Of a DNA stretch of 64,000 nt, positions 40,575 to 50,406 are shown piece after piece (the first letter of the stretch is position 1; each line of letters starts with the position of its first letter). This DNA is from an uncultured cyanobacterium (GTDB lineage: Bacteria; Cyanobacteriota; Cyanobacteriia; Cyanobacteriales; Nostocaceae). The notes beneath the pieces are model-generated. The model searched no databases. It saw only the letters and a list, made by a program, of their open reading frames with translations, and had not been told where the DNA came from. The translations under genes and the position numbers were made by a program. The DNA is taken from the NCBI GenBank assembly GCA_903903925.1, contig CAIVAU010000183.1:69-64068 (forward strand), in the 5' to 3' direction.

Positions 40575-41954
40575 TTAAACCAACACCGGAGTACCTGCAC
40601 GCTGAGTTAGAGGATTTGCCACCATCTGCATTCCTGATGGTGCTGCTACAGTTAGACCACGACGTACAGGACGTACAGGGCGCTTGTTGACTAGGGAGAC
40701 TTGAAACTGCGATAGAATTGTTGCCAATACTAGTTTCATTTCATACTGAGCAAATGCCATCCCGATACAGCGACGATTTCCACCACCAAAGGGCAAATAC
40801 TCATAAGGAGAAAATTGCCGTTCCAAAAAGCGTTCTGGCTTGAATTGGTTAGGTTGTGGGTAGACTTCTTCCCGATGGTGTGCTAGGTAAATACTGGGGA
40901 TGATTGCTGTTCCCACTGGGAGTTTATAGCCCATAATTTCTATCGGATATTGTACCACTCGGAAAAAAGCACTCATCGCGATGGGGTAGATCCGTAGAGT
41001 TTCTTGGCAAACTGCTGTGAGATAGGGTAATTTGGCAATGAGACTCAGATCTGGATTGTTACCAAGGGAGTCAAGTTCTGACAGCAACTTGTCACGCACC
41101 TCCGGTACATAATCAATCCAGTAAAGCGCCCAGGTCAGTGCTGAAGCAGTTGTTTCATGTCCAGCGACCAGTAGCGTCATTAACTCATCGTGTAATTCCT
41201 TGTCTGACATCGACTGACCGTCTTCATCAGTAGCAGACATCATCAAACTGAGGATATCTTGACGATTTTGGTTAGATTCTGCCCGACGTTCTTGAATCAA
41301 AGCATAAATCAGTTCGTCAACTTGTTGTCGCAAGCGTACTATCCGACCCCACGGACTCCACGCACCGAAATCTTTTTGTACAAACGGAAAAAACATCGCG
41401 CTGGACATCAAGGGAGAACTGATCGCGTCTAACAGGGAAGTCAGTAGTCGCCTAAGTTCTTGAAAACTTTGCCCTTCATCTAAACCAAACACTGCTCGCA
41501 GGATAACACGTAGAGTGATTTCTTGCATCGACCCACGGATATTGAAAGGTTTACCCATCTTCCAATCTTTAGTGGTCTGTTGTGTGATTTCACAAATAGT
41601 CTCACCATAAGCCCGCATCCTGTCCCCATGAAAGGGAGGGGTCAATAATTGACGCTGGCGTTGGTGGCGATCGCCATCCAGTAGAATCAGAGAGTTATCG
41701 CCCAGCAAAAATCGTAAGCCTTGGTTCCCTCTCCCACCCCCAAGATGGCTGGAATCAGCAGTAAAAATCTGTTGTAGTGCTTGGGGATGGCTGAAATAAA
41801 CAATATTAGTACCTTTGCGACTGGAGATGGTAAAGTTGTCACCATAGGCTTTAGCTATATCTTCCACATATCGCAGCGGCTGAAACAGAAATTTCATTCG
41901 CCTTAGAAACGTGGACATTTCAGGTCCTTCAGGTAGGCTGTTAGTTGCTTGCAT
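40575..41954 (-). CDS. cytochrome P450
   Basis: I-helix LLVAGHETTASAL, ETLR, and heme loop FGGGNRRCIGMAF. Confidence 0.92.
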   Translation of the reverse strand: MQATNSLPEGPEMSTFLRRMKFLFQPLRYVEDIAKAYGDNFTISSRKGTNIVYFSHPQALQQIFTADSSHLGGGRGNQGLRFLLGDNSLILLDGDRHQRQRQLLTPPFHGDRMRAYGETICEITQQTTKDWKMGKPFNIRGSMQEITLRVILRAVFGLDEGQSFQELRRLLTSLLDAISSPLMSSAMFFPFVQKDFGAWSPWGRIVRLRQQVDELIYALIQERRAESNQNRQDILSLMMSATDEDGQSMSDKELHDELMTLLVAGHETTASALTWALYWIDYVPEVRDKLLSELDSLGNNPDLSLIAKLPYLTAVCQETLRIYPIAMSAFFRVVQYPIEIMGYKLPVGTAIIPSIYLAHHREEVYPQPNQFKPERFLERQFSPYEYLPFGGGNRRCIGMAFAQYEMKLVLATILSQFQVSLVNKRPVRPVRRGLTVAAPSGMQMVANPLTQRAGTPVLV

Positions 41955-42010
41955 AAAACAGTGTAAACTAGATTCTCCTGATTCTATTGTGGCTAATTTA
42001 AGTCAGAATA

Positions 42011-42223
42011 CAGGAGTCAGAATTGTTAAACAATCAGGAGATCACAGCAGCCATCGGGAGCATCCCAGTTTTGCAAAAAGACGATCAGTAGTGTGAGCAT
42101 CTTGCTCACGTGTACTACAAGCGAGCAAGATGCTCGCACTACGAATTTACGCTCATTGGGATGCACCCCAGCCATCTTTCCCTCTCGATCCAAATACCAA
42201 ACCCTTATAAATTCTGACTCCTG
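42011..42223. mobile_element. MITE-like element with 14-bp perfect terminal inverted repeats (CAGGAGTCAGAATT / AATTCTGACTCCTG) and a nested Y-repeat variant
   Basis: A shorter sibling without the nested insert lies at 25368-25461. They share the internal GTTAAAC..CATCGGGAG and ..ATAAATTCT. Confidence 0.65.
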
Positions 42224-42317
42224 AACGGCAGTCGCTCATGGGGGACTCGGGGCCCCCTCTGGGGATAGGGGGAGAACCCCCAAGACCGCGCTGCCTCCTC
42301 CTGACTCTTGACTCCTG
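42224..42317. repeat. dispersed repeat, copy B (see 8134-8277)
   Basis: AACGGCAGTCGCTCATGGGGGA[insert]GAACCCCCAAGACCGCGCTGCCTCCTCCTGACTCTTGACTCCTG. Confidence 0.65.
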
Positions 42318-42414
42318 TATTGTTACAGATAACAGGTTAGGATTTAGTCATGGTGGATATGCCTTTGGCGTAAACATCTAAACTAAAGCAAAATTAGAAA
42401 TCATTGTAAAAAAG

Positions 42415-42735
42415 TTGACACAAACTGTGGAACAATCACACGAACATGAGGCTTCTCTTAATCAGCAAATTGTTGATTTGCAGTCAGTTTTATCTCAGCA
42501 AAAAGAACTGGTAGAACAGTTAAAAAAAGAACTTTACGAAGCGAAACAAGCAGCAGTTTACTTAGCAGAAACTAATTCTAAACTTACGGAAGAAATTCAT
42601 ACCTTGAAACAGGAGACAAAAAAAACCCAAGAAATAGTCAGCTACAGAAAACCATACCAAGAATTAGAATATTTACCTCAGACACAACCTGGTGAGGCGG
42701 AGGATGCTTCTGCTCAAATGTGGTTACTTGACTAG
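42415..42735 (+). CDS. hypothetical coiled-coil protein
   Basis: 106-aa ORF with a TTG start and heptad-like Gln/Glu/Lys-rich sequence. Weak. Confidence 0.3.
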   Translation: MTQTVEQSHEHEASLNQQIVDLQSVLSQQKELVEQLKKELYEAKQAAVYLAETNSKLTEEIHTLKQETKKTQEIVSYRKPYQELEYLPQTQPGEAEDASAQMWLLD

Positions 42736-42783
42736 GAAATTATAACCGGAGACGGACGCAGGTAATTATTTTTTGATCTGCGT

Positions 42784-43674
42784 TCATCTCCGGTTAAAAT
42801 CTAAAATATGCTGGGCAGAGATTTGTGGCTGTTCAAGGTGAGGGATATGACCACAATCTTTAATCCAGATGAGTTGACTTTGTGGAATTGCCCGCTTAAA
42901 TTTGTTTGCATCCCCAATACCTAAAATTTTGTCAGAATCACCCCATAATATTAGTGTTGGTTGCAAAATTTGTGAGAGTTGCTTGAATATAAAAGCACTG
43001 TAACCCCCACTTTTCGTAAAAGCAATCAGGGCTTGACTCCAACTTGACTTCTCTAGGTGTAATGCTGCACATAATTGAGCATCAAGCGATGCCAATTGCT
43101 TGTTTTTGTAAGCTGTGCGAGAAATACTATGACGCACTCTAGGATTACGCAAAAACTCAGTTGCTAAATAATCCAATGGTGGAAATATCAGTTTGCCTAA
43201 CGGTGAACTCCCCGTTAAACCAGCACTGTCAATCAACACCAACTTTTGCACAACTTCTGGGTAAGTCAGGGTGAAATCAATCGCGGCTGCACCCCCCATA
43301 GAAGCACCTACTAAAATGACAGGTTGATTAATCAGGGTTTTCCAGGAATAATAAAGATGGGTTTTAATGGTAGTCTTGCTTAAGGGTATGCCCGTAGGTC
43401 TGTCGGTAAACCCAAAAGCGAATAAATCTACTGCCCAAGTTTGATGATGTACTGCGAGCAGTGGTAAAATGCGACGAAATTCTAACACAGAACTGTCGAA
43501 ACCGTGAATTAATAGCAACGGTGTTCCGCCACTACCCTGATGGACGTAGGTTGTGGGAATTGGTTGTGTACTCAGAGGAGTGGTGATATCTATCTGCTTG
43601 ATGCTCTGAGCAAGAGCGATCGAGGTTGGTTCTGTCAGTTGGCTGACTGTGGTAGGTAGAAAACTTGGAAACAT
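42784..43674 (-). CDS. alpha/beta-fold hydrolase
   Basis: LLIHGF oxyanion region, nucleophile elbow GASMGG, C-terminal DCGHIPHLE. Confidence 0.85.
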   Translation of the reverse strand: MFPSFLPTTVSQLTEPTSIALAQSIKQIDITTPLSTQPIPTTYVHQGSGGTPLLLIHGFDSSVLEFRRILPLLAVHHQTWAVDLFAFGFTDRPTGIPLSKTTIKTHLYYSWKTLINQPVILVGASMGGAAAIDFTLTYPEVVQKLVLIDSAGLTGSSPLGKLIFPPLDYLATEFLRNPRVRHSISRTAYKNKQLASLDAQLCAALHLEKSSWSQALIAFTKSGGYSAFIFKQLSQILQPTLILWGDSDKILGIGDANKFKRAIPQSQLIWIKDCGHIPHLEQPQISAQHILDFNRR

Positions 43675-43754
43675 AATTTATATTCTACCTTACAGCAGAT
43701 TGCAAGTAAACAAAGTACAATACTTTTGTCTCAAAGCTAAACACAAAGCCTTTC

Positions 43755-43803
43755 CACTCCCCACTCCCCACTCCTACCTCCTACCTCCTACCTCCTAACT
43801 CCT
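43755..43803. repeat. heptamer arrays (ACTCCCC)x2-3 then (TACCTCC)x3
   Basis: Read directly. This array supplies the last codons and the stop of the kinase gene. Confidence 0.85.
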
Positions 43804-46384
43804 GAATCAAGGGAATGCGAACCACAAACTCAGCACCTACTCCTGGTTGAGAAATGCATTCTAAAGAACCGTTATGTCTTTCCGTGATAATTTGATAACA
43901 AATAGCTAGTCCCATCCCCGTACCTTTTCCAACAGGTTTGGTGGTAAAAAAAGGATTAAATAGTTGATCTTTAATATCTTCTGGTATTCCCAGTCCGTTG
44001 TCGGCAATGCGAATTGTGACTTGATTTGGTGCTGGTAGTTGGGTGCGAATATAAATTCGGGGATTATCCGCTTTCAGTTGTTTTTTTGTTCCCCACCGAC
44101 CTCTAAGCACTGAATCTTCTAAAGCATCGATCGCATTCACTAAAATATTCATAAAAACTTGGTTTAACTGCCCAGCATAACATTCAATCAAGGGAATGTT
44201 GCCGTATTCTTTGATTACCTCAATTTTTGGGCGCAGGTCAGTAGATTTGAGGCGACTCTGAATAATCATTAAAGTACTATCAATTCCTTCATGAATATCA
44301 ACTGCTTTCATCTCAGCTTCATCTAAGCGTGAGAAAGTCCGTAGAGAAAGCACAATAGACCGAATCCGTTCTGCTCCGATCATCATCGATTTGAAGAGTT
44401 TAGGTAAGTCTGACCGCACAAATTCCAGATCAATCATATCTGCAAACTCCTCAATTGTCGGCGCTGGTTGGGGATAATATTTCCGGTAGAGATCTAAAAG
44501 TGACAGTAAATTTTTGGTGTATTCGTCGGCAGGGTTAAGGTTACCGTAGATAAAGTTGACTGGGTTGTTAATTTCATGTGCTACACCTGCTACTAGTTGA
44601 CCTAGGCTGGACATTTTTTCGCTTTGAATTAACTGAGTTTGGGTGTGTTGTAGCTTGTGTAATGCTATTTCTAGTTCTTGTGCTTGCTGCCGTAGATCTG
44701 ATAAAGCTTGTTTGCGTTCTGTGATATCTCGGAAATACCAAATTCTGCCATAATCGTCTCCTGTTTTTGATCGCACTGGCGCAGAATAACGATCAAACGT
44801 CCGTCCATCCTTCAGGACAATTTCATCACGGCTGCTTTCATCTGAATGCTGGTACAGATACTCGATTTTAGCGAGAAATTCTGCTGGATGTTCTAGTTGG
44901 TTTAGTACATATCTCTGGAGTTGCTGATCATCAGCAGCCTCAAGTATTACCGGAGGAATTTGCCATAAATGAGAGAAATGTTGATTGTGTGATGTAATTC
45001 CACCATTTTCATCAATAATGAGAATGCCGTCAAGAGAAGCTTCTTGTTGAGCTTGCAGCACCGCATTACTCCGGCGCAGGGCAGCTTCTGCTTGCTTGAG
45101 ATCAGTAATGTTAGTAGCTGTGCCTGTTTTACCTAAAACATTCCCACCTTCATCCTGCAACACCATCGCATTACATAGTAAATTCAGCTTTCTGCCATCC
45201 TTTGCCAACACAACAGCTTCGTACTGAACGACTGAGTCTCCTGACAATATAAGAGGCAAAATTCCATGCTGCTGAATTTGTTCAGGCGGTTCAAACTCAC
45301 TACAGTGACGACCAATCATTTCTGCTGGTTCATAGCCATAGATGCTTTTCACTGCCTGATTCACAAAAGTCCAACATCCGTGGGTATCTACTGACCAAAT
45401 CATATTCTGGGAAGCCTCAACCAAGTGCCGATATTTTTTCTCACTTTCCGTTAAAGCTTGTTCAGCTTGTATGCGCTTGATGCCCAGGCAAATCTCGTTT
45501 GCAGCCACTTGCAATGCGTCTAGGGCTGATTGTGTCAGGGTTTGGCGGGCAAAAATCGCAATGACGCCCATGACATTGCCATCCAAAATCAGGGGATATC
45601 CTGCAAAAGCAACCATACCTTCCCGCCTTGCCCATTCTTGATTGCCTACACGCGGATCATCTAGAACGTTATTAGTCAGGTGAGGTTGACATTCTTGGGC
45701 AATTAAACCAATTTTGAACATCCCTACAGGAACACGACCATGGGGACCATCAATATGAGTGTACATTCCAGAGCTAGCTTGCAGTTCCAGTACATTGTCT
45801 TGAGTATTCAGTGTCCAGATACGAGCAAAGGCAGCATTAACATAGTTGACTAGAGCATCAGTACAATGTTTGAGAATTGGCTGTAGTGTTTGACCTTGAG
45901 TGATAGCAGTGTTTATTTCTACATGCAAAGCTGCTAAACGTGCTTTTTCCGCTAGTTCAACTTCCACCCGCTTTTGCTGTGTAAAATCCCGAATAGTCCC
46001 AACTAAGAAATGATGACCTTGCTCATCCTCAAACAACCATTTTTTGGTCAGGATAAAATGTGTGACGCCATCGCAATCTGTCAAGAGTTCCTCATTTTCA
46101 TTAGTTATGCCTGTCGTGAAAACCAGTTCATCTTTTTCCCAAAACACATCAGCTTCCGCTTTGGGAAAGAGATCATAGTCAGACTTGCCAATTAATTCTT
46201 CTCGCCTACGCCCGATAAAATGACAAAAAGCATCGTTAAGTAGTATCCACTGATGTTGGCAGTTTTTGACAAAAATGGGGTCAGCTATACTATTGATCAT
46301 CAGCAGCAGAAAATCCAGTGAGAAGTTTTGCTGCTGTATATCTTGGTAAACAGAAGAGTCCTGGAGAAATTTATAATCGTTCAT
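43781..46384 (-). CDS. multi-sensor (PAS-GAF-PAS-PAS) histidine kinase
   Basis: H-box [19 protein letters not shown]-box LVNAID, DNGLGIP, GTGMGLA. ATG at 46384 preferred over TTG at 46390. Confidence 0.9.
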   Translation of the reverse strand: MNDYKFLQDSSVYQDIQQQNFSLDFLLLMINSIADPIFVKNCQHQWILLNDAFCHFIGRRREELIGKSDYDLFPKAEADVFWEKDELVFTTGITNENEELLTDCDGVTHFILTKKWLFEDEQGHHFLVGTIRDFTQQKRVEVELAEKARLAALHVEINTAITQGQTLQPILKHCTDALVNYVNAAFARIWTLNTQDNVLELQASSGMYTHIDGPHGRVPVGMFKIGLIAQECQPHLTNNVLDDPRVGNQEWARREGMVAFAGYPLILDGNVMGVIAIFARQTLTQSALDALQVAANEICLGIKRIQAEQALTESEKKYRHLVEASQNMIWSVDTHGCWTFVNQAVKSIYGYEPAEMIGRHCSEFEPPEQIQQHGILPLILSGDSVVQYEAVVLAKDGRKLNLLCNAMVLQDEGGNVLGKTGTATNITDLKQAEAALRRSNAVLQAQQEASLDGILIIDENGGITSHNQHFSHLWQIPPVILEAADDQQLQRYVLNQLEHPAEFLAKIEYLYQHSDESSRDEIVLKDGRTFDRYSAPVRSKTGDDYGRIWYFRDITERKQALSDLRQQAQELEIALHKLQHTQTQLIQSEKMSSLGQLVAGVAHEINNPVNFIYGNLNPADEYTKNLLSLLDLYRKYYPQPAPTIEEFADMIDLEFVRSDLPKLFKSMMIGAERIRSIVLSLRTFSRLDEAEMKAVDIHEGIDSTLMIIQSRLKSTDLRPKIEVIKEYGNIPLIECYAGQLNQVFMNILVNAIDALEDSVLRGRWGTKKQLKADNPRIYIRTQLPAPNQVTIRIADNGLGIPEDIKDQLFNPFFTTKPVGKGTGMGLAICYQIITERHNGSLECISQPGVGAEFVVRIPLIQELGGRR

Positions 46385-46515
46385 ACGCAAAGTTAGGTCT
46401 AAAATAAAATCGAGCTAAACAAAAACTGCCTAGCCAAGTGTTTGTCAGCCTAAGTCGTATTTATTATTCCCAATTACTCCCAGAATTTCGCCATGAGTTT
46501 ACCCCAACAGCCTAG

Positions 46516-46561
46516 TAGTGCGAGCCGGAAAGCTCGCGTCGTGAGCGAGACGCTCACACTA
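46516..46561 (+). repeat. Y dispersed repeat copy
   Basis: TAGTGCGAGCCGGAAAGCTCGCGTCGTGAGCGAGACGCTCACACTA. Confidence 0.85.
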
Positions 46562-46583
46562 TTAACCTCATATAATCCTTAGT

Positions 46584-47123
46584 CTAGAGCTTCCGTTGCT
46601 TGATCGGTTGAGCCGGATTACCCGAATAAATTGTCATAGGTTCTAAGGATTTCCCAGCCACTCCACCTAAAGTCAGTACTGCCCCTCTACCAACAATGAC
46701 TCCAGGACCAATGACTGACTTGGCTGCAATCCAACTGTTTTCCTGAATATGGATTGGGGCAGGAATGAGTTTAAAATCTAGATGATTCCAATCATGATTT
46801 CCAGTGCAGAGATAGACGCCTTGGGACAAGCAAACATGATTTTCTATGGTGACAGGAGCAAGGTTATCAATCCAGGTATCTTCCCCAATCCAAACATAAT
46901 CACCAATGGTCAATCGCCAGGGAAACTTCACCCGCACTCCAGGCTTAATCCGGACTTTTTGACCGATTCTTGCTCCAAACCAGCGAAGTGTACAAACTTT
47001 GACGGCTGAAATAGGAAGCCAACGATTCTGTGTTAAGGATGATCCTAAGAAGTACCACAAAATTTGTTTCCAACGGGGAGCTCCAGGGGCATAACTACCG
47101 AGAGTGTATTGATCTAGACGCAT
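46584..47123 (-). CDS. WcaF-like left-handed beta-helix O-acetyltransferase
   Basis: LRWFGARIGQKVRIKPGVRVKFPWRLTIGDYVWIGE...CLSQGVYLCTGNHD...GPGVIVGRGAVL...YSGNPA. Confidence 0.85.
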   Translation of the reverse strand: MRLDQYTLGSYAPGAPRWKQILWYFLGSSLTQNRWLPISAVKVCTLRWFGARIGQKVRIKPGVRVKFPWRLTIGDYVWIGEDTWIDNLAPVTIENHVCLSQGVYLCTGNHDWNHLDFKLIPAPIHIQENSWIAAKSVIGPGVIVGRGAVLTLGGVAGKSLEPMTIYSGNPAQPIKQRKL

Positions 47124-47130
47124 AGGATGA

Positions 47131-47949
47131 TCAAGCAAGAGGTTGACTGTTGACTGTTAACTGTTGACTGTTCCCTGTTCCCTTCTTGTTGAGTTTTTCG
47201 TACTCAACCAAACGAATGGACAGCAAAATCTCCGCTAAGGTTCGCTGGAATGCATAGTACCAGCCATGCCAACCGTCAAGAATGCCACCTTTGAAGATGA
47301 GGCAATAGAACAGGATGATGAAGGGGGCGATAATTTTTAGCTTGCGAATGCGATCGCCTAAGCTGAGTTCACTTTGGGGAGTTTCTAGGAGTTTTTTGAC
47401 TTCCATCACCATGTAGTGGTCTTGCGCCCAGAGCCAACGACTTAGGGGTTTGCGATCGTCATGGTAAATATAGGAAGAAAGCAGCTTAGAAGTTCCTTCT
47501 ACAATAACTTTATGGGCATGACCATCGTCTTTATAGACGGCTTTTTCTCGTCTATAAAGAACTTTGCGTGGTGGTAATAAAGTACCACGCAAAGGTTTAC
47601 CAAAAACGCAGTACTTAAATGGTATAATGTAGCTATTAAATTCGGTATTTTCTCGGATTTGTGTCATTTCAGAAATTAATTCTTCACTTAAAATATAGTC
47701 TGCATCTAAAGATAAAACCCATGTAGATTCAATTTTGGATAATCCATAATTACATTGTTCGGCGAATGAGTCAAACTTTCTTTGAAATAATTCTATTTGA
47801 GGATAGTCTCGGAGTATTTTCAGTGTTTCATCATTACTCAAGCTATCAATAATGACTATTCTTTTTGCCCACATGAGACGTTGCAGTGTTCGCCTGATGT
47901 TCGGAGATTCATTAAATGTAAGGATGAGAGGAGTTATATTTTTGAGCAT
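47131..47949 (-). CDS. family 2 glycosyltransferase
   Basis: ILTFNESPNIRRTL, IIDSLSNDET, and a DxD motif LDADY. The C-terminal 14 aa are encoded by heptamer repeats. Confidence 0.85.
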   Translation of the reverse strand: MLKNITPLILTFNESPNIRRTLQRLMWAKRIVIIDSLSNDETLKILRDYPQIELFQRKFDSFAEQCNYGLSKIESTWVLSLDADYILSEELISEMTQIRENTEFNSYIIPFKYCVFGKPLRGTLLPPRKVLYRREKAVYKDDGHAHKVIVEGTSKLLSSYIYHDDRKPLSRWLWAQDHYMVMEVKKLLETPQSELSLGDRIRKLKIIAPFIILFYCLIFKGGILDGWHGWYYAFQRTLAEILLSIRLVEYEKLNKKGTGNSQQLTVNSQPLA

Positions 47950-48057
47950 GAGCTTATTTTTTTATTTACCAAAAACATGCTAATTACGTAAAGAATAAAA
48001 TACATACTATTGCAGTCATAAAGGTATTACCTAATCTACTTTAAATTGAATTTAATC

Positions 48058-49182
48058 CTAATTTATAAGTAGGGTTTGAAAATTTTGAAGATAAAGATCA
48101 GCTACTTTCTTGTAGCTATACTCCTGCGCTTTTTGGCTAGCTTTTGTACTAATTTCACGCGTGACCGCCCAGTTATCAATTGCTGAAGCTAACACAGAAG
48201 CTAAATTTTCGGCAGATTGAGGTGTGCGATGGTTGAAAAAATATCCAGTTTCGCCTTCTTTAATAAAATCTTTAAAACAGGCTAAATCAGAGACAACTGG
48301 AACCAACCCTGTAGCCATTGCTTCCAATGGTGCAATTCCGAAAGACTCTCCTTTTTCTGCTAAGGATGGGTAGCAAAATAAATCAGCGTCTCGGTAAGCA
48401 TTAACGAGTTGAGGTAAATCAAAAATTGGTCCTAAAAACTCAAGATTTAATCCTGTAGATTTTAACTTTAGTGTTCTCAGATATTCTTCTCCGCCGCCTC
48501 CTTGAAAACCTTTGATCGGTCCAATGATGCGTAATTTTACCTGAGAAATTTGTTGTGACAAAATAGCAAAGGCATCTAACAGCAGGTGAATTCCTTTTTC
48601 TGGGTGAAGCCTTCCTACATACAAAATAACCTTCTCTTTTCTCATCACCCTAGGCGTAGGTGAGGGTGAAAATATGTGAGTGTCAATTGGATTAGGAATA
48701 ACCCGCATTCGAGAAATTGCAGGAGGATACTGCTGAGCGATCGCTTCCTGGATAGAATGGGATGCGGCTGCGAAGAAATCTGTTCCTGTATACAGTTGAT
48801 ACTGTCCTTTAGGAAAACGATTTGCATTAATAATAATCTTGCCAACTTTTGAGCGTAAGCTCGCAAACACAGGTAACCAAAAGTCATTGATTATTAGAAC
48901 ATCAGCAGCAGGTAATGTAGGAAAAGTCAGCAAACTGTAAAGTACGTCTTTGAGTAGATCCAAGGTAATATTCGGGCTTTGAGGAAATCCTCCCTGTCGA
49001 ATGTATTGAACGCCTTGAATGACTTCTGTCGGTGGTTGTCCTGGATAGGAACGACACAGTATTCTCACTAGATGACCTCTAGCGGCAAATTCTTCTGCTA
49101 GACCTTGCCATATTCGAGGAATAGCACCTCCCTGTAGGGCAGGTACAGGTAGCCAGGGACCTGTCGCTATCGAAATAATCAC
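48058..49182 (-). CDS. GT-B glycosyltransferase (GT4-like)
   Basis: VGRLHPEKGIHLL and the C-terminal EKGESFGIAPLEAMATGLPVV-type motif. GTG start. Confidence 0.85.
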   Translation of the reverse strand: MIISIATGPWLPVPALQGGAIPRIWQGLAEEFAARGHLVRILCRSYPGQPPTEVIQGVQYIRQGGFPQSPNITLDLLKDVLYSLLTFPTLPAADVLIINDFWLPVFASLRSKVGKIIINANRFPKGQYQLYTGTDFFAAASHSIQEAIAQQYPPAISRMRVIPNPIDTHIFSPSPTPRVMRKEKVILYVGRLHPEKGIHLLLDAFAILSQQISQVKLRIIGPIKGFQGGGGEEYLRTLKLKSTGLNLEFLGPIFDLPQLVNAYRDADLFCYPSLAEKGESFGIAPLEAMATGLVPVVSDLACFKDFIKEGETGYFFNHRTPQSAENLASVLASAIDNWAVTREISTKASQKAQEYSYKKVADLYLQNFQTLLIN

Positions 49183-49200
49183 GGGCTTAACTTACTTAAA

Positions 49201-50406
49201 TCAGAAAAATCTAACACAACTCAGCGGCTCATCACCTCCCAGAATCCACTGATATACACTTGCCATCTGTTTGGCGATCGCCTCCCAAGCGTATTTGGTT
49301 TTTACTAAATTGCGACCTCTCAAACCCATTTCTTTTCGGTCTTGAGGTGACATCTCCATCCCCTCAACCAAAGCATCAGTCAAAGCCTGCTTGGTATCCT
49401 CAATCCACCAACCACACCTGTGGTGTTCTAAATCTTGCCAAGGTGTTTCCTTGGTAGTCACTACAGGTACTTCGTAAGCGAGGGACTCTGCTATGACAAT
49501 TCCAAAGTTTTCTGAGTGAGTGGGTAAGACGAATAAATCAGCATTGCTGAGTGCAGAGGCTTTGTGTTGTCCTGACAGCATTCCAGTAAATGTAATATTT
49601 TCTTTAAGTCCTAGTTCTGCTGTCATTAGTTCTAACTGGGCTTGATAGCCAATTAAATCAGAACCGGCAATAATCAAATGCCAATCAGAGAATTTATGAC
49701 AGAGATTTTTCCAGACAGAGATTAAATTATCTAATCCTTTCTTAGGATGAATCCTAGATAAAAATAATAGCCATTTTTTCTCAGTCAATTCAGGAAAAAG
49801 TTTTACCAAAACTTCCCGACTGTGCTGATAACTTAGATTAGGGAGGTTGACTCCGTTGGGAATTATTGCAATGGGCTGACGAAAATTAAGTTTACGGATG
49901 GACTGCGCCTCTTCATGAGAAGTGGCGTGAAAAGCAGTTGCACTTTTCAAGTTTTGTTGTTCATAGAGAAACCAAGCAGGCAATTTTTTAAACCTACTGT
50001 TTCTTAACGACCAAGGTTCTAACATACCCCTAGGAGAAATGACTAGTGGTAGATGATTTCTCAAAGCTGCTTGGCGAGCATAAAGATTGGGAAACATCCA
50101 CAGTCCATGATTATGAATTAGATCTAGCTTAGTGGCTGCCAATTTTTGTAAGGCAAGGCTAGCATTAGGCTGGAATCCCCGCAGATGCTTTGCTATTGCT
50201 GTCGCTGGGTAGCTATGGAGGATGACATCTCCGATAGAGGTTTGTTTCCCATGATGTTTGTAATCAAGGGTAAATAAATGAGAATAAATATTTTGTTGCG
50301 ATAAAGCTTGAGCTAGGTTGGCAACAGAATAAGCTGGTCCACCAACATTTTCGTTAATACTGGCAACTACTTGACAAATATCATTTATATCTTTGGGTGA
50401 ACTCAT
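49201..50406 (-). CDS. GT-B glycosyltransferase (GT4-like)
   Basis: LSRIHPKKGLDNL and SENFGIVIAESLAYEVPVV. ATG at 50404-50406 overlaps the asnB-like stop (ATGA). Confidence 0.85.
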   Translation of the reverse strand: MSSPKDINDICQVVASINENVGGPAYSVANLAQALSQQNIYSHLFTLDYKHHGKQTSIGDVILHSYPATAIAKHLRGFQPNASLALQKLAATKLDLIHNHGLWMFPNLYARQAALRNHLPLVISPRGMLEPWSLRNSRFKKLPAWFLYEQQNLKSATAFHATSHEEAQSIRKLNFRQPIAIIPNGVNLPNLSYQHSREVLVKLFPELTEKKWLLFLSRIHPKKGLDNLISVWKNLCHKFSDWHLIIAGSDLIGYQAQLELMTAELGLKENITFTGMLSGQHKASALSNADLFVLPTHSENFGIVIAESLAYEVPVVTTKETPWQDLEHHRCGWWIEDTKQALTDALVEGMEMSPQDRKEMGLRGRNLVKTKYAWEAIAKQMASVYQWILGGDEPLSCVRFF

